A stretch of DNA of 63,983 nt, filler included, from Lenisia limosa (taxonomy: Eukaryota > Protista > Breviatea): the NCBI GenBank assembly GCA_001655205.1. It is 14 parts of 14 records of this genome, joined end to end, with 100 filler letters (N's around TTAATTAATTAA, not from the genome) between each part and the next. Parts side by side here need not be neighbours in the genome. Positions count along the whole stretch, not along the records: positions 61,816 to 63,983 come from LPNZ01003337.1; 13 more parts are not named here. One strand, 5' to 3'. Below are positions 61,815-63,983 of this stretch, one piece after another. Position numbers and translations under genes: made by a program. Each line of letters begins with the position of its first letter. Position 1 is the stretch's first letter. Below the pieces are notes generated by a model, which was given only the letters and a program-made list of their open reading frames with translations, was not told the DNA's origin and made no database searches.

Positions 61815-63770
61815 NGAGGTTGGTATCGTTGTCTGTTTTGTGCTAAGAGCTCTTTTGTCCAAACGCATTTTTCAAATCCGATCATCGAAGTCAATGATAT
61901 TTGTCCAAATTTGACGATGGTAGATGGTGGTTATCGAAACGTTGAATGCAACCCCAAGTTTTGTAATGTTGACGAACATTCGTATTTCACAAGCACCATG
62001 GTGCAGACTATTGATGTATTGATGTATTGATGTATTGTCTAAAAATGGGTGGCTCTTGAAAAAAACGTCTGTAGTTGCAAAAATTAACCTTTTAATATTT
62101 TTTTCCGTAAAAGTAGCGCTTTTATCACGTTTTGTTTTTTAACTGACGCTGCTACCCCCTTTTTAGATGAGCCCTATTGACTGGGCCTACCATCAACATT
62201 GAAAACGCAATCGAAGTCATCAAAGCCACTACAGAGAGTTAACGAAGAGGTAAAATAAGACGCAGTTATTAATTGCATGGAGAATTAACTTTTGATAGTT
62301 CATTATATGTAAAGCCCCCTTCCCACAAGGTCTCAAAAACAGGAGCATTGATAAATAGCACTGTGGCACCGGGGAAGAGCTGCACAGTAGTAGTAGCAAC
62401 CTCAGCTGCAATGAAGTCAGAGGGACTATAGGCTTCCTTGTCGACCAAAATGGAAGGCGGAGTATTGTTTTCCTATGTATTTATATCCCCAGATTGCATT
62501 AAATCTCATTCGTTATCCTATCAAAAAAATATAATAATAATTAAAAAACAATATAGATAAAATGCAATGTCATAATAATACATATTATCCATTTATTATA
62601 TCATCATATATTAGTAATAAGAAATAAAAAAATAAGGTTGTGTCTGGTATAGGTAATATGATACCATACTCCTCTCTGGATAATATGCGCATATATCAGT
62701 ACTGTACACTAACTACAATTTTCTATCAATACGCCCCCCACCGAAGTAAACCGAATCCGCAGTGGAGGTGCACGGAGTTTTGATCAGAGATCCGCCAATA
62801 AAAGCAGTGGAACATGCTATAATGTAAGGCCGTTGCTTGAGATCATTTTTGGATCTTGACCTAGGTTAAGCTTATGCTGATATTCTGCTTCATGTTATTT
62901 CAGCACACGTCTGTTATTTCAGCACACGTCTGTGAATGATAAATAAATATTGAGTTTGGACTCTCTTTGGAAGCACACACATGGCCCCCCCTCCAACATT
63001 GGCAAGTGGTATCGACAGTTAAGGTACAGGCTGAAGAGGCATAAGTCATTTGGTTGTCAGAATGGCAATCGGTGCATGCTGCGGGGGGAGGGGGGGTAAA
63101 TCAGTCCATGTTATTAACAATGTCAGAGAAATAGCAACGCGTATCCAGACCGCCTCCACCTAGCCAACTTTGACAGACCGCCTCCACCCANNNNNNNNNN
63201 NNNNNNNNNNNNNNNNNNNNNNNNNNNNNNNNNNNNNNNNNNNNNNNNNNNNNNNNNNNNNNNNNNNNNNNNNNNNNNNNNNNNNNNNNNNNNNNNNNNN
63301 NNNNNNNNNNNNNNNNNNNNNNNNNNNNNNNNNNNNNNNNNNNNNNNNNNNNNNNNNNNNNNNNNNNGAGGGTGCAAGGAGTGAGTTGAGTTTCCTCCCC
63401 GAGGACACAGGTGGTGCAGACTGTGAGGTGAGTCGTGAAGAAAGTGTTGTTACTTTAATAAACCGAGGGAAACTTGGGCTACCCCCTACCATAAGTGCTG
63501 AAGCTGTCGTAGCTATCTTTCACAACGTAACTGCCCGAAGGTGCCGTCAGGGCTAAATGTGTCATGGTCTATAAAGGGATATGTGGTACGTCTATTTACT
63601 GCACCAACTCATAGAAGACGATGTTCTTTCCCATGAATGAAAAGGGCAGCTTTTACCCCCCCCCCCCACCAAAGCAGCCGAAACTGTCAAGGTTGCAGTA
63701 CTCCGTTGTTGCACATTCGGAACAGCTAGTGGACGTGCCACATTTCGGCGCCTCACAAACACCTGGGAGG
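61815..63770 (-). CDS. Cys-rich extracellular protein with TNFR-like repeats (5' end outside window)
   Basis: GVCEAPKCGTSTSCSECATTEYCNLDSFGCF, VCTTCVLGEETQLTPCTL and ACTLTVDTTCQC (CT-x-T-x-DT-x-C pattern); downstream exons less clear. Confidence 0.55.
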
Positions 63771-63847
63771 TAATGTGGTGTATGCATATGTATTATGTGT
63801 TTATATATAATATATATATATATATGTGTATGTATGTGTATGTATGT

Positions 63848-63915
63848 GTGATGATGCAGGAGAGCGGGGTGTGATGATGCAGGAGAGCGGGGTGTGGTGA
63901 TGCAGGAGAGCGGGG
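63848..63915. repeat. 23-bp tandem repeat x3
   Basis: GTGATGATGCAGGAGAGCGGGGT. Confidence 0.9.
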
Positions 63916-63983
63916 TATATAACGCAGTCCTGGTAAATATTCCTTATTATGCCTCTAGATTAGACTCAATCTATTCCCCCCAA

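Overview
Intron-rich eukaryotic (protist-like, possibly amoebozoan; taxon not provable from sequence) draft-assembly window. It is a concatenation of contigs: 13 artificial N-TTAATTAATTAA-N spacers plus many sized gaps that mostly abut G/C runs. The six-frame ORF track is largely misleading because genes are split into short exons; I assembled exons by eye using GT/AG boundaries. Recognisable genes: ankyrin-repeat protein, a secreted/receptor protein with bacterial-type periplasmic-binding (Venus flytrap) motifs, tRNA-Trp(CCA), a Brr2/SNRNP200 fragment, a multi-TM protein with a degenerate cyclase-like tail, PIG-Q/GPI1, a Myb factor, DNase II, SmG, a decayed Penelope-like RT, a GPI-type surface protein, a CBS-pair protein, RPS21, an FSH1/OVCA2 hydrolase and a Cys-rich TNFR-like protein. 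The most striking signal is non-coding. At least three unrelated dispersed repeat families, plus a CACTA-like MITE, sit exactly at 3' splice sites of introns in unrelated genes and appear to supply the acceptor AG. One copy is inverted and supplies the donor GT instead. Many introns have complementary G-rich 5' and C-rich 3' ends. This looks like an introner-like (intron-generating element) system, accompanied by abundant intronic hairpin MITEs and several tandem duplications of splice junctions.
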